Origin: an uncultured bacterium
Lineage (GTDB): Bacteria > Chloroflexota > UBA5177 > JANWHV01
Assembly (NCBI GenBank): GCA_963827235.1
Contig: CAWHAE010000020.1
Location: 32,001-96,000, forward strand
Length of the DNA stretch: 64,000 nucleotides
Reading direction: 5' to 3'
Below the pieces are notes generated by a model. It was not told where the DNA came from, did no database searches, and was given only the letters and a program-made list of their open reading frames with translations. The translations under genes and the position numbers were made by a program. Positions 10,923-20,165 of the stretch are shown here, piece by piece (position 1 is the first letter of the stretch; each line of letters opens with the position of its first letter).

Positions 10923-11711
10923 CTACGTTGTTGGTGTGCCCGAGGGCGGCGTGCCCGAGGGGAGTTCGCCGGAGGGTGAGCCGCACGAGGTCAAGTCTCC
11001 TGCCGGCGGCGTGCCCGAGGGGGTGCCTATCAGGTCCGGAGTGGCGGGCGGCGTGCCATCGGGCGGCTCGCCGGCTGATGAGCCGCATGGGTTGAAGTCT
11101 ACCGCCGAAGGCGTGCTTTCGGCCTCCGTGCCGGAAGCGACCGGGGTAGCGGGCGGCGTGCCATCGGGCGGTCCCCCAGCCCGTGAGTCGCATGACTGGC
11201 GGTCTCCCACCGGCGGCATGCCCGAGGGAGTGCCCGTGGTGTCCGGGGTGGCCGGTGGCGTGCCCGAGGGAGTGCTTGCCAGGTCCGGGGTAGCAGGCGG
11301 CGTGCCATCGGGCGGCCCTCCAGCCGCTGAGCCGCACGGGTTGAAATCTCCCGCCGGGGGCGTGCCTGCTGCGGCTGGCGTGCCGGAAACGACTGGGGTA
11401 GCCGGGGGCGTGCCCGCGGGTCGGCTCCCAACCGGCGAGCCGCACGGGTTGGTGCGTCGTGCCGGCGGTGCGCCCTCTGACGGCGTCGCGGACGCGGTTG
11501 GGGTGGCCGACGGTGTCACGCTCGCCGTGGCGCAGGCCGGCGATGTCCCGGGCCGTGACCCGTGCCCCTTGCCGACCACCGTGGCGCTGAGCACGTTGGC
11601 CGACGCGCTTCCATTGTGCACGGCTGTCACAGCCGCGGCACCGCCGGTGACAAATGCTCCGACCAGCGCAAGCGTGGCCAAGCGGCGTTTCACTCTCGTG
11701 CTTTTCTCCAT
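10923..11711 (-). CDS. Secreted Pro/Thr/Gly-rich repeat protein with Cys-containing repeats
   Basis: Basic plus hydrophobic signal peptide (MEKSTRVKRRLATLALVGAFVTGGAAAVTA) after a GAAGGAAGG RBS. Five (N/S)xC(G/D)S...GTPP repeats. Confidence 0.72.
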   Translation of the reverse strand: MEKSTRVKRRLATLALVGAFVTGGAAAVTAVHNGSASANVLSATVVGKGHGSRPGTSPACATASVTPSATPTASATPSEGAPPARRTNPCGSPVGSRPAGTPPATPVVSGTPAAAGTPPAGDFNPCGSAAGGPPDGTPPATPDLASTPSGTPPATPDTTGTPSGMPPVGDRQSCDSRAGGPPDGTPPATPVASGTEAESTPSAVDFNPCGSSAGEPPDGTPPATPDLIGTPSGTPPAGDLTSCGSPSGELPSGTPPSGTPTT

Positions 11712-11840
11712 GACCCTTCCTTCCTGCTGGCGCTTTGCCCAGCTTGTGGCCGTCCTGTAGCCCGGTCTTCGAGCCGCCCGTGCCCTGCCGGCGGCAAGGG
11801 TGAGGATCGCGGGTCCGGTCTGCTCCGGTGCTATCAAGAA

Positions 11841-11906
11841 ACACTACGGTGCCGGACTAAGAGCCCCCTAAGAGCCAGCCAAGACATTGCTGAGAATCAG
11901 CCAAGA
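11841..11906 (-). promoter_or_regulatory. Five 11-bp-phased hexamers (OmpR/PhoB-family, MprA-box-like) plus a putative -10
   Basis: Plus-strand CTAAGA 11857, CTAAGA 11868, CCAAGA 11879, CTGAGA 11890, CCAAGA 11901 (minus strand TCT(T/C)(A/G)G), at exact 11-bp spacing. TAGTGT on the minus strand at 11841-11846. Confidence 0.7.
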
Positions 11907-12023
11907 AGTTGGCCCGCCCGCTGGCTGTGGCGGGAGGCCGCTCGATGGATACTCCCGTGCTTCGCCCTGGAGCGCCCGCTGTGCGCTATGATCATGGTCG
12001 AGGTCGCCGGCGAGGAGTGGTGC

Positions 12024-12338
12024 GTGTCGTACGAGGACGGCTGGGCGGCGCTGCATCTGGAGATGCCTGCACGAGTGCCGAGGACCGAGTATTCGACGGA
12101 CATGGCTGCCGTCGCCGAACGCCACGGGCGCACGCACGCATTCGTGGGCAACGTGGACACGCGCATCCTGCTCTCGGGCACTCGGGTGCAGATCAGGACG
12201 GAGGTGGGGCGTTGCTTGGCCATAGGCAAGTCGTGTCCGGGCTTCTTTCTGGCCGTGGGTAACCACATTCCCCACAACACTCCGGTCGACGGTGCGCTCC
12301 ACTACCAGGAGGTCTACGAGGAGATGAGCCGCCGCTGA
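12024..12338 (+). pseudogene. Internally deleted uroporphyrinogen-decarboxylase-like (URO-D/MtaA fold) gene
   Basis: GTG follows GAGGAG. An N-terminus 'SYEDGWAALHLEMPARVPRTEYS' is fused directly to a URO-D-type C-terminus 'FVGNVDTRILLSGT...EV.RC...GK.CPGFFLAVGNHIP.NTP'. Only 104 aa, far too short for the barrel. Confidence 0.55.
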
Positions 12339-12756
12339 GCGCCGCCTTCGCGGAGCTGAGCCGGCACGCGGCACGTGGCGGAAGTAAATCCAGTGCCTGA
12401 ACGGGGGCTGCGCGACATGCGGTTCGTGTTCCCGGCAGTTCGACCTCTGCTAGAGTCTACCGGTACGAAGGCGCCGGCACGGCGCCAACGCTCATTCAGC
12501 AGGAGACCTGCCGCGTCGACCGGGCTCATGCATCGTTGGCTCGGCAAGCTAGCCCAAGCCGCGGTCGCTGCGCTGCCGGTATTGGGCCTGCAGTCCGCGC
12601 ATCTGGAGCGTGACCAGCAAGCGTTCGGGATGGGGTAGACGTCTTCGGTCCCACGGCGCTTGAGCGAGCCGGGCGTGGCGAGTCATAATGTCGACTCGGA
12701 CCTCCGCGGTGACCTTTGCGGTGACTGGCATACTGGATCCCTGTATTCGCGCACGG

Positions 12757-12925
12757 TTGACAGCATCTCTCTACACTGTGTTATCGGCAGGCGCGGGAGA
12801 ATCATTAGGGCGTGTTCAGCGGCGTACCCGCCCTATCGTGAGCCCGGTCCGCTACGCAGAGTGACCGCAGTGGCTCACGTGAGATGGCCACACCGAGGTG
12901 ACACGCGCGAATAACCCGGCGTGCG
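12757..12925 (+). ncRNA. Candidate structured noncoding RNA (rod-like, possibly 6S-like) with an upstream sigma70-like promoter
   Basis: TTGACA 12757-12762, N16, TGTTAT 12779-12784. Nested pairings GCGTGT 12810-15/ACACGC 12901-06, CGTGAGCC 12837-44/GGCTCACG 12872-79, CGGTC 12845-49/GACCG 12863-67. No convincing ORF. Confidence 0.4.
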
Positions 12926-12989
12926 TTCCCTCACGGGGCCAGGAGCAATGCGTTGCAGCCCGCCAAGCTCGCTGGTTGCGTCGATGTCC

Positions 12990-13175
12990 TGGGCCATCCA
13001 CGCTCGTGCAGGAGCTCCCGTCCATGCTGGCCGACGATCACCCCAGCGGGGGGTTCCGGCCGAAGCGGGGTGATACTCGAGGCGCACATTCTGGGAATAC
13101 TGCACGATGTGGAAGCGGCCCGTACCGTCGCTGTCGCGCGGGAAGAACGGCTGCGACACGGGTGCCCCGAGCACG
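12990..13175 (-). pseudogene. Remnant of a Chloroflexi-type cell-surface repeat domain
   Basis: Reads 'LGAPVSQPFFPRDSDGTGRFHIVQYSQNVRLEYHPASAGTP', then after a frame change 'GQHGRELLHERGWP'. Resembles the G.P.S.PF...VQYF..ARLEYHPE...LG..L...G repeat. No credible start. Confidence 0.5.
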
Positions 13176-13356
13176 CACGGGCGGCCTGCCGGCCTCAGCG
13201 CTATGCATGATAGCTGATCACTAGCCGCACGCCGCGCCCGGCACACGCTGCTGGGTTTCCTATTAGCATGATCTGTTGGAGCACCTGGCGGGAGCGCATG
13301 CATTGGAATCGCACGCACTCGCCGTGCAGGCCATCGCTACGGATCAGGAGCCACTC

Positions 13357-16300
13357 CTATGGACTTACGACAGCAAATCGTTGCGACGTTATGCCCGCCG
13401 TTGTGCCGTCGCGCAGCAGGGCCCGCACCGTGATGGTGACGGTGCCCCGGGCCGGGGCAGCCTTGCTCGCCTTGGGTACATACGCCACGTTGAAGGTGTG
13501 CTGCCCATGGCCGTGACGATCGGCCGTGGATGTGTACGTCTGTTTGGTGCCGTTCGGATAGGCGAGCGTGTAGGTCAGCTTCGCGCCAGCCAGCCAGTCG
13601 CTTGCGACCACCTCGCATCCTCGTGCCACGGCCACGTCGACCGTCCTTGCAGGGGTGCAGGCGGTAGCTCGCCCGCCGGTCACCGTGCGCGGGGCATTGC
13701 GCATCACGAGCAGCGGGACAACCGTGCCCGCTTTCTGGGCGACAACCACGATTGCAGGAGTGGTCAGCACGTGCCCGGCGCTCGCGGCGGCTTTCGAGGC
13801 TCCGTTGTACGTGGCGCTCAGGTTGTGCACGCCGGGTCCCAGAGCCTTGGTCGTCAGCGATGCCGCCCCGTTGGTCAACGGCACCGTGCCGAGCGCGGTG
13901 TCGCCGTCTCTGAAGGTCACGCTGCCGGTCGCGGCGGCGGTCCGTTGCGGGTGGTTCGCGGCGGGGCGGATGACGATTGACATAAGTGAGGCCGGGAGAT
14001 CGAGTGGGCCCGCGGCGGCGGCCTGAATCGAGGCCGTCTGGCTCAGGATCTGCTCTACCGTCACCTGGAGCGTGACCGGCGAGCCCGGCGTCGTGGTACC
14101 CGAATGCACGCACAGGGTGATGCGCACTCGTCCGTCGCCGCTGGAGGACGAAGTCGGCGCTGGATTCGCGGTCGGCAGTGGCACGGCCGTTCCCGTGGCA
14201 CTGGACCTGCTCACCGCGGTAGCAGACGGACTTGCCTTGCCTTTGCTGCTCTTGCCCGCGGTAGCAGACGGACTTGCCTTGCCTTTGCTGCTCTTGCCTG
14301 CGGTAGTCGCCCCGGTGTTGCTGCCGCTCGTCGGCACCGGCGTGGGCGCGTTGCCGGCAGCTGTGCCGGATGTCGGTTCCTGCGTCGGCACGATGGTACC
14401 CGCTTGACTGGGAACCGCCGTGGGTATCACAGCAGGTGGCTGATTGGGCGGCTGGTACGGCGGCACGTAGGGCGGCACATATGGTCGCGAGGTGGGAGCA
14501 GGCGTTGAGATGCTCGCGCTCGTCGCCGTGGGCGAACCGGGCGTGGCAGTGGCGGATCGGCTAGGCGATGGCGAAGGTGTGCCTGTAACCGTCGCGGTAC
14601 TGGTCGGCGTGCTGGTGTCGGTGGTGCTCGCGGTCTCAGTTGCGGTGCTCGTGCCGGTCGGCGTACACGTGTTCGTTGCGGTACTTGTGGCTGTCGCGGT
14701 ATCTGTATCGGTCGGCGTGCTCGTGTAGGTTGGGGTGCTCGTGTTGGTTGGCGTGCTCGTGTAAGTTGCGGTGCTCGTGGAGGTTGGCGTATTGGTGTCG
14801 GTTGCGGTGCTCGTGTTGGTTGGCGTGCTGGTAACCGTTGGCGTGCGAGTCTTGGTTGGCCTGCGAGTGTTGGTTGGCGTACTGGTGGCGGTGCTCGTGG
14901 AGGTTGGCGTATTGGTGTCGGTTGGCGTGCGAGTCCTGGTTGGCCTGCGAGTGTTGGTTGGCGTACTGGTGGCGGTGCCGGTCTGCGTGCTGGTACCGGT
15001 TGCGGTGCTTGTGCCGGTCGGAGTGTAGGTATCCGTCTGAGTGCTCGTAACGGTTGCCGTGGGCGTATCGGTGGTGGTGTCGGTGACCGTCGGCGTATTG
15101 GTGCTGGTCGGAGTGCTCGTAGCAGTTGCCGTGGGTGTGTCGGTGTCGGTCGGTGTACTGGTGTCGGTTGCTGTGCTGGAGTCGGTTGGCGTACTGGTTT
15201 CGGTTGGTGTGCGAGTCTTGGTCGGCTTGCGAGTACTGGTTGGCGTGCTGGTATCGGTTGGCGTGCTGGTGTCGGTTGGCGTGCGAGTCTTGGTTGGCTT
15301 GCGAGTGCTGGATGCCGTGCTCGTATCGGTGGGAGTCGGCGTATCGGTGACCGTCGATGTATCGGTGTCTGCAGGTGTGCTGGTGTTGGTGACCGTCGGC
15401 GTATCGGTATCCGGCGCTACGGTGTCCGTTGGGGTGCTGGTGTCGGTGTCTGTCGGCGTACTCGTGTCGGTGTCGGTCGCGGTGCTGGTGTCGGTGTCCG
15501 TCGGCGTACTCGTGTCGGTGACCGATGGCGTATCGGTATCCGGCGCCACGGTGTCCGTTGGGGTGCTGGTGTCGCTGTCGGTCGCGGTGCTGGTGTCGGT
15601 GTCCGTTGGGGTGCTCGTGTCGCTGGCAGTCGGCGTGACTGTCAAGGTATCGGTCGCCGAGTCCGTAACAGTCGGCGTCTCGGTGCCGGTCGGCGAGCTG
15701 GTAGCGGTGTCTGTACCGGTGGCAGTGCTGCCCGGCGCGATGGTATATGCCAAGGATGCGCTGACGCTGGCGGCGTACATCTCGTCGTCGTCGCCGTAGG
15801 CGGCAAGGATTGAGTGGTCTCCCACGGCGAGTGTGTCCACGGTGCAGGTGGCCTGGCCGGTCAGCGCGTCGACTTGAGCCGGCTGGCAGAGCGTGGTGCT
15901 CGTGGTCGTGTCGGTAAAGGTGACGAGGCCCGCGGGCACCGCGGTCGGATCGGAGTTCCCGTAGGTCACATCGGCGGTGAAAGTGACATCGGCGCCGGAA
16001 TCCGCCGAAGCCGAGGGGTCGGCGCTCAGGCTGGTACTGGTCGGCAGATTACCCTCATAGAGCTGGGAGTCGTCCTCGCCGATGGTGCTCACCACAAAGC
16101 AGCGACTGCCGTTCACGCAGGTCAGCCCTGCCGCGCCGCCAAACGGCAGCGTCTCAATCGTCGTCGCGGCGCCGGTGGCAACGTCGATCGCGTACTGAAT
16201 GCTCGGAGTGCCGTCGCTCACTGCGAAGCAGGCGCCGGTGCTCGGGGCACAGCCGATACCGGCCAGATGCGCGACGCCGCTATCGGAGGACGTGCCGGCC

Positions 16301-16920
16301 CGGGCCCAGGTTACTGCCGTACCGTTGCCCGAGTCGTGCGGGTTCGCGTAGTCCAGCTCGCCGACGACGGAATTGCTGCCGTCGCTCGGGTCGGTCACCG
16401 AGTAGAGTTTGGGCGGTGTCGAATTGTCGAAGCTCAGGCCGCTCACGTAACTGACCAGGTTGTCGCCGCCGTCTACTATGGGCCAGATATTCTGAACGCT
16501 CCAGCTGCCGGCCGCGTATACGAGCTGATACAGGCTTGAGGCTGTGTCGTCGGCATAGTAGTCCACGGCATAGCAGGTGTTGGGGTGCGCGGGATTGCAC
16601 GCGACGCTTGCCACGAGATTGCCCAGGTCGCCGGTCAGGCTAGCCGCTTCTCCGCTGTAGGCGTCGACGCCGTACAGGCTACTATCGCTGCCGTCAGTTG
16701 GGTTGCTCACCGCAAGGAGAGTGGGAGGGGAGATCTCGTCGAAGCTGATGCCGCGCAGATGGCTTACGCCGGTGCCGGTGCCGGTGGCGGCCCACGTCCA
16801 TGGCTGGCTGCCGCCGGCGGCCACGCGGCCCGGCACCGCGAACAGTGAGTTGCGGACGGGACCGCCCAGCGCCAGGACGCAAGCCCAGCACAGGGTGACG
16901 CACCATCGAAGCGCTCTCAT
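13357..16920 (-). CDS. Large secreted/surface protein: propeller-like N-domain, Ig-like (Big_3-type) domain, long Thr/Pro/Asp linker, second Ig-like domain, C-terminal domain
   Basis: Signal-like N-terminus ([20 protein letters not shown]) after GGAG. Repeated 'GxSFD..PP.L.xV.xPxDGS' blades. Ig motifs 'VTFTADV...G.VTF.D..T.LC' and '[22 protein letters not shown]...L.PG.H.L.A.Y.G'. Confidence 0.85.
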   Translation of the reverse strand: MRALRWCVTLCWACVLALGGPVRNSLFAVPGRVAAGGSQPWTWAATGTGTGVSHLRGISFDEISPPTLLAVSNPTDGSDSSLYGVDAYSGEAASLTGDLGNLVASVACNPAHPNTCYAVDYYADDTASSLYQLVYAAGSWSVQNIWPIVDGGDNLVSYVSGLSFDNSTPPKLYSVTDPSDGSNSVVGELDYANPHDSGNGTAVTWARAGTSSDSGVAHLAGIGCAPSTGACFAVSDGTPSIQYAIDVATGAATTIETLPFGGAAGLTCVNGSRCFVVSTIGEDDSQLYEGNLPTSTSLSADPSASADSGADVTFTADVTYGNSDPTAVPAGLVTFTDTTTSTTLCQPAQVDALTGQATCTVDTLAVGDHSILAAYGDDDEMYAASVSASLAYTIAPGSTATGTDTATSSPTGTETPTVTDSATDTLTVTPTASDTSTPTDTDTSTATDSDTSTPTDTVAPDTDTPSVTDTSTPTDTDTSTATDTDTSTPTDTDTSTPTDTVAPDTDTPTVTNTSTPADTDTSTVTDTPTPTDTSTASSTRKPTKTRTPTDTSTPTDTSTPTSTRKPTKTRTPTETSTPTDSSTATDTSTPTDTDTPTATATSTPTSTNTPTVTDTTTDTPTATVTSTQTDTYTPTGTSTATGTSTQTGTATSTPTNTRRPTRTRTPTDTNTPTSTSTATSTPTNTRRPTKTRTPTVTSTPTNTSTATDTNTPTSTSTATYTSTPTNTSTPTYTSTPTDTDTATATSTATNTCTPTGTSTATETASTTDTSTPTSTATVTGTPSPSPSRSATATPGSPTATSASISTPAPTSRPYVPPYVPPYQPPNQPPAVIPTAVPSQAGTIVPTQEPTSGTAAGNAPTPVPTSGSNTGATTAGKSSKGKASPSATAGKSSKGKASPSATAVSRSSATGTAVPLPTANPAPTSSSSGDGRVRITLCVHSGTTTPGSPVTLQVTVEQILSQTASIQAAAAGPLDLPASLMSIVIRPAANHPQRTAAATGSVTFRDGDTALGTVPLTNGAASLTTKALGPGVHNLSATYNGASKAAASAGHVLTTPAIVVVAQKAGTVVPLLVMRNAPRTVTGGRATACTPARTVDVAVARGCEVVASDWLAGAKLTYTLAYPNGTKQTYTSTADRHGHGQHTFNVAYVPKASKAAPARGTVTITVRALLRDGTTAGITSQRFAVVSP
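14214..14297. repeat. Perfect 42-bp tandem duplication (2 copies; encodes [14 protein letters not shown]) in the surface protein
   Basis: CCGCGGTAGCAGACGGACTTGCCTTGCCTTTGCTGCTCTTGC at 14214-14255 and 14256-14297. Confidence 0.9.
14590..15725. repeat. Low-complexity coding repeats (TDTSTP/TPTxT; [11 protein letters not shown] and TRRPTxTRTPT blocks)
   Basis: Degenerate 18-24 bp periodic units encoding the Thr/Pro/Asp/Ser linker of the surface protein. Confidence 0.85.
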
Positions 16921-17399
16921 CGGCCTACTCCCACACGCCTGGGTACCAGCGACGGCGAGAACCCTGGGCCGACCACCTGACCTGGCTTCCGCCATGTGCA
17001 CTCAAGGCAAGTAGGTGCTACCCCTGGCCGCCGAGGCAAGTATGTCACAGCTGAGTACGCTGGTATATGGCCAAAAAGGCGCGACCGCCCCTGGTCATGA
17101 CAAACCGCACGCAACTGGCGAGCCGCACCGGGAGTCATGGGCCGTCGCAGTTGCCCTCGCGACAGCGCCGGACGGCGTCGGCAGCTTAGGCGGCTGACAC
17201 ATTCACTGCGCGCAGCCACGACGGTCTCGCTGCGGGAGCAGGACTGCTTCTGGCACCGCCCGCCGGCCAGGCGTTGGGGAGTCGTACGCTGCCTGGCCGT
17301 GAGCAAGAACGCCCGGGGTCAGCTCCTTGGCGCTTTATCGGACCGTGCCTTGCCGGGTTGTCGTCCTCGGGCCGGCCACAGTGACGGTGAGCCCCGTCC

Positions 17400-17906
17400 T
17401 CAGCAGTTCCCGCCGTCGATCATGGTCTCGAAGTCCGTGTGTGCGGCCGCGTGCCCGTCCAGCATCACGACTGCCCGGTATGGTCCCTCGTAGTCCGGAT
17501 TGTCGCCAACAGGGCCCATGACCATGCCGTTCACGTGCGAAGCGGTGACGCGCCCGGACTTGGTCTCGGGCTTGGTCGGGTCCTGGCCGTTGCCTGTGTG
17601 CAGATAGACCAGGATCTGGAACTGCGTATGGCCGGGAACGGCATTCTTGTATTCGAAGTAGAAAGAGACGCTCGTCGTGTGGCATCCGAACGAGGCCGTC
17701 TTCTTGGGACGGGCCGTCGACGTCGTGGCTTCCCAGGCTTTGTAGGCCGCGCCGGTAGCCGTATAGAAGACCGATACTGACGGCTTGGCTTTGGCGGCGA
17801 CGGGCTGCGCCGCGAGTCCGCAGAGCGTCAAAGCCGCAACCGCGAGTACTCTACCGAGTTGAAGTGGCAAGCTGCGTCGTAGCAAGGAGGGCCTCCCGTT
17901 TAGCAC
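17400..17906 (-). CDS. Hypothetical secreted protein (possible single Ig-like domain)
   Basis: Signal peptide 'RVLAVAALTLCGLAAQPVAA'. Beta-rich body ending 'GPYRAVVMLDG..AAHTDF'. Start uncertain (ORF extends to 18026). Confidence 0.6.
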   Translation of the reverse strand: MLNGRPSLLRRSLPLQLGRVLAVAALTLCGLAAQPVAAKAKPSVSVFYTATGAAYKAWEATTSTARPKKTASFGCHTTSVSFYFEYKNAVPGHTQFQILVYLHTGNGQDPTKPETKSGRVTASHVNGMVMGPVGDNPDYEGPYRAVVMLDGHAAAHTDFETMIDGGNC

Positions 17907-18081
17907 ATGTAGTTTCTTGCACCATATCCATCGAGACAAGTTCCTACAGTACATTGGCGCTCCGCCGCCGTCGCAATAGCGCGAACGTCCATCCTCGTCG
18001 GAGTCGCACGGCCCAGGCATACGCAAAAATGCGAGACACTGATCTCATGGCCGCCGTCGGACAATCGCAAATAGGAGACCA

Positions 18082-18597
18082 ATGAGATCGATCGTCATAC
18101 TCAGCGGACCGGTCGGCGCCGGCAAGACCACCGTGGCCCGCGAGCTCGTAGCGGCCTCGCCCGGGCCCACGGCATATATCGAAGGCGACACGTTTTGGTC
18201 CTTCATCGCCAAGCGCGCGGAGTCGGGCCGGCACAGGAACTTCCGCATGATCATGTGGGCGATGATCGCGGCGGCGGTTCCCTACGCGGTCGCGGATTAT
18301 GAGGCGATGGTCGATTTCTCGATTCCGCCCTGGTTCCTCGATACCGTCCGTAGAGTGGTCAAGGCGCGAGAAGTGCCGGTCGATTACGTCGTGCTGCGAC
18401 CGAGCGAGGAGGTCTGCGCGGCCCGAGCGGCGGCTCGGCCGGCCGGCAGGATCGCGGACTACGGCCCGTACCGCGAGCTGTACGCGTCCTTTGACGAGGC
18501 GCAGCAGTACGTGGTGCAGGACGACGATAGCGCGGCGGTCACCGTGGCAACCGGCATTCGAGAAGGTCTCGATGCCGGGCGGTTTCGCCTCAAGTGA
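18082..18597 (+). CDS. Small P-loop kinase/AAA-family ATPase (AAA_33-like)
   Basis: Walker A 'ILSGPVGAGKTT', 'YIEGDTF', lid 'VC.ARAAAR'. AGGAG RBS. Confidence 0.8.
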   Translation: MRSIVILSGPVGAGKTTVARELVAASPGPTAYIEGDTFWSFIAKRAESGRHRNFRMIMWAMIAAAVPYAVADYEAMVDFSIPPWFLDTVRRVVKAREVPVDYVVLRPSEEVCAARAAARPAGRIADYGPYRELYASFDEAQQYVVQDDDSAAVTVATGIREGLDAGRFRLK

Positions 18598-18899
18598 TGG
18601 CGAATGGGTGACGGCCCAGTGTCGCGTTGCTTGCCATGCTGTGCCGTGAGAGGAGCAGGCAACCGGACGACACGCACCCGCCGTCCGGGCTCCGCATCGC
18701 CCTGCTGGAATACTGTCCCTTCCAGCAGGCAGCCTTCTGCCTCGACGCTCTGCAACGGCGGGCCGTGCACGACGAGCTGGACGGCGTAGAGAAGGCAATG
18801 CAGCGACCCCTGGTCGACCGCTTTCGCACGCGCTGGTATCGCTGAGCATGGCTCACACCGGCCACCGGCAGCGCACGCTGGTCTGACGAGGATCACCTG

Positions 18900-20165
18900 T
18901 CAGGCGTCGGCGGAAGCCACCTCGCGAAGCACGATGGATGCGTTGTGGCCGCCGAGGCCGAACGAGTTCGAGAGCGTTGCGCGCACCCGCATGCGCCGCG
19001 CCTCATTGGGCACGTAGTCCAGGTCGAGCTCGGGATCCGGATCGTCGAGGTTGATCGTGGGTGGCACGATCTGGTCCCGGAGCGCGAGCGCGCACACTAC
19101 CGTCTCCACGGCACCCGATCCACCCATCATGTGGCCGGTCATGCTCTTGGTCGAGCCGATGGCCATGCGATAGGCGTGGTCGCCGAACACGGTCTTGATC
19201 GCCCGCGTCTCGGCGAGGTCGTTGACCGGGGTGCTTGTGCCGTGCGGGTTGACGTAGTCAACTTCTTCCGGCCGCATGCCCGCCTTGTCGAGCGCCCACT
19301 GCATGCAGCGAGCCGCGGCCACCGGATCTTCGGGCATGGCCGCCATGTCGAAGGCGTCGTTCGTGGCGGCATAGCCGGCCACCTCGCCGTAGACGCGCGC
19401 GCCGCGCTGCCGGGCATGATCAAGCGTTTCGAGAACCACGACCGCCGCGCCCTCCGAGAGCACAAAGCCGTCGCGGCGCTTGGTGAATGGCGAGGAGGCT
19501 CGCCACGGCTCCTCGTTGTTCCGAGCCAGGGCGCCCATCACGCCGAAACCCGCCACGAACAGAGGGTGGATGGGTGCCTCGGCGCCGCCGGCGAGCATGA
19601 TCTCGGCGTCGCCTCGCGCGATCAGCGCGGCGGCCTCCCCGACTGCCTGCGTGCCGGTGGCACACGCCGAGACCACGGCCATGTTGGGCCCTTGCAGACC
19701 CAGCTTGATCGCCACCTGGCCCGCCGGCGAATCGACAAGCATGTTCTGAATGAAGAACGGGCTCAGCCGGCGCGGACCTCGCTCGAGAAACACGCGATAT
19801 TGCTCGAGCGCGGTTTGAATGCCGCCGGCCGCGGAGCCGATGACAACGCCTACTCTGGCCGCATCAAATGTCTGCGGGGAGAGCTCGGCGTCCCGCACGG
19901 CCTCGAGTGAGGCGGCAATCGCGAGCTGCGTGCAGCGATCCATGCGGCGCACTTCCTTGGCGTCGCCGATGGTCGAAGGATCGAAACCCTTCACCTCGCC
20001 GGCAATCTGGACCGCGTACGGGCTGGCGTCGAAGTGCGTGATTCGGGCAACACCCGACTGGCCGGCCAGGAGCGCTCTCCAGGCTGCTTCCACGCCGATA
20101 CCGACCGGGCACAGGATGCCTAGTCCGGTGATGACGACCGGATTCGTCGACTGTCTCTGCATCAT
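18900..20165 (-). CDS. fabF: 3-oxoacyl-ACP synthase II
   Basis: 'VVITGLG', catalytic SACATG, HGTST, KSMTGH, SNSFGLGGHN. Start overlaps the fabD stop. Confidence 0.95.
   Translation of the reverse strand: MMQRQSTNPVVITGLGILCPVGIGVEAAWRALLAGQSGVARITHFDASPYAVQIAGEVKGFDPSTIGDAKEVRRMDRCTQLAIAASLEAVRDAELSPQTFDAARVGVVIGSAAGGIQTALEQYRVFLERGPRRLSPFFIQNMLVDSPAGQVAIKLGLQGPNMAVVSACATGTQAVGEAAALIARGDAEIMLAGGAEAPIHPLFVAGFGVMGALARNNEEPWRASSPFTKRRDGFVLSEGAAVVVLETLDHARQRGARVYGEVAGYAATNDAFDMAAMPEDPVAAARCMQWALDKAGMRPEEVDYVNPHGTSTPVNDLAETRAIKTVFGDHAYRMAIGSTKSMTGHMMGGSGAVETVVCALALRDQIVPPTINLDDPDPELDLDYVPNEARRMRVRATLSNSFGLGGHNASIVLREVASADA

Noticed and set aside
12549-12688. Small minus-strand ORF (MTRHARL…) divergent from the ncRNA candidate, considered as a type I toxin
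   Set aside because: It is not hydrophobic, the RBS is too distant, and it does not overlap the RNA candidate.
12935-12975. GGAGC…GCGTTGCAG…GCCAAGCTC resembling an SAH riboswitch
   Set aside because: Spacing departs from the consensus, there is no pseudoknot partner, and no SAH-related gene follows.
14590-15725. Periodic repeats resembling a CRISPR or satellite array
   Set aside because: Units are degenerate, in multiples of 3, have no unique spacers and encode the Thr/Pro linker. No cas genes are present.
18627-18845. 72-aa ORF after the P-loop kinase
   Set aside because: No clear RBS or recognisable motif. It may be a gene remnant but cannot be supported from sequence alone.
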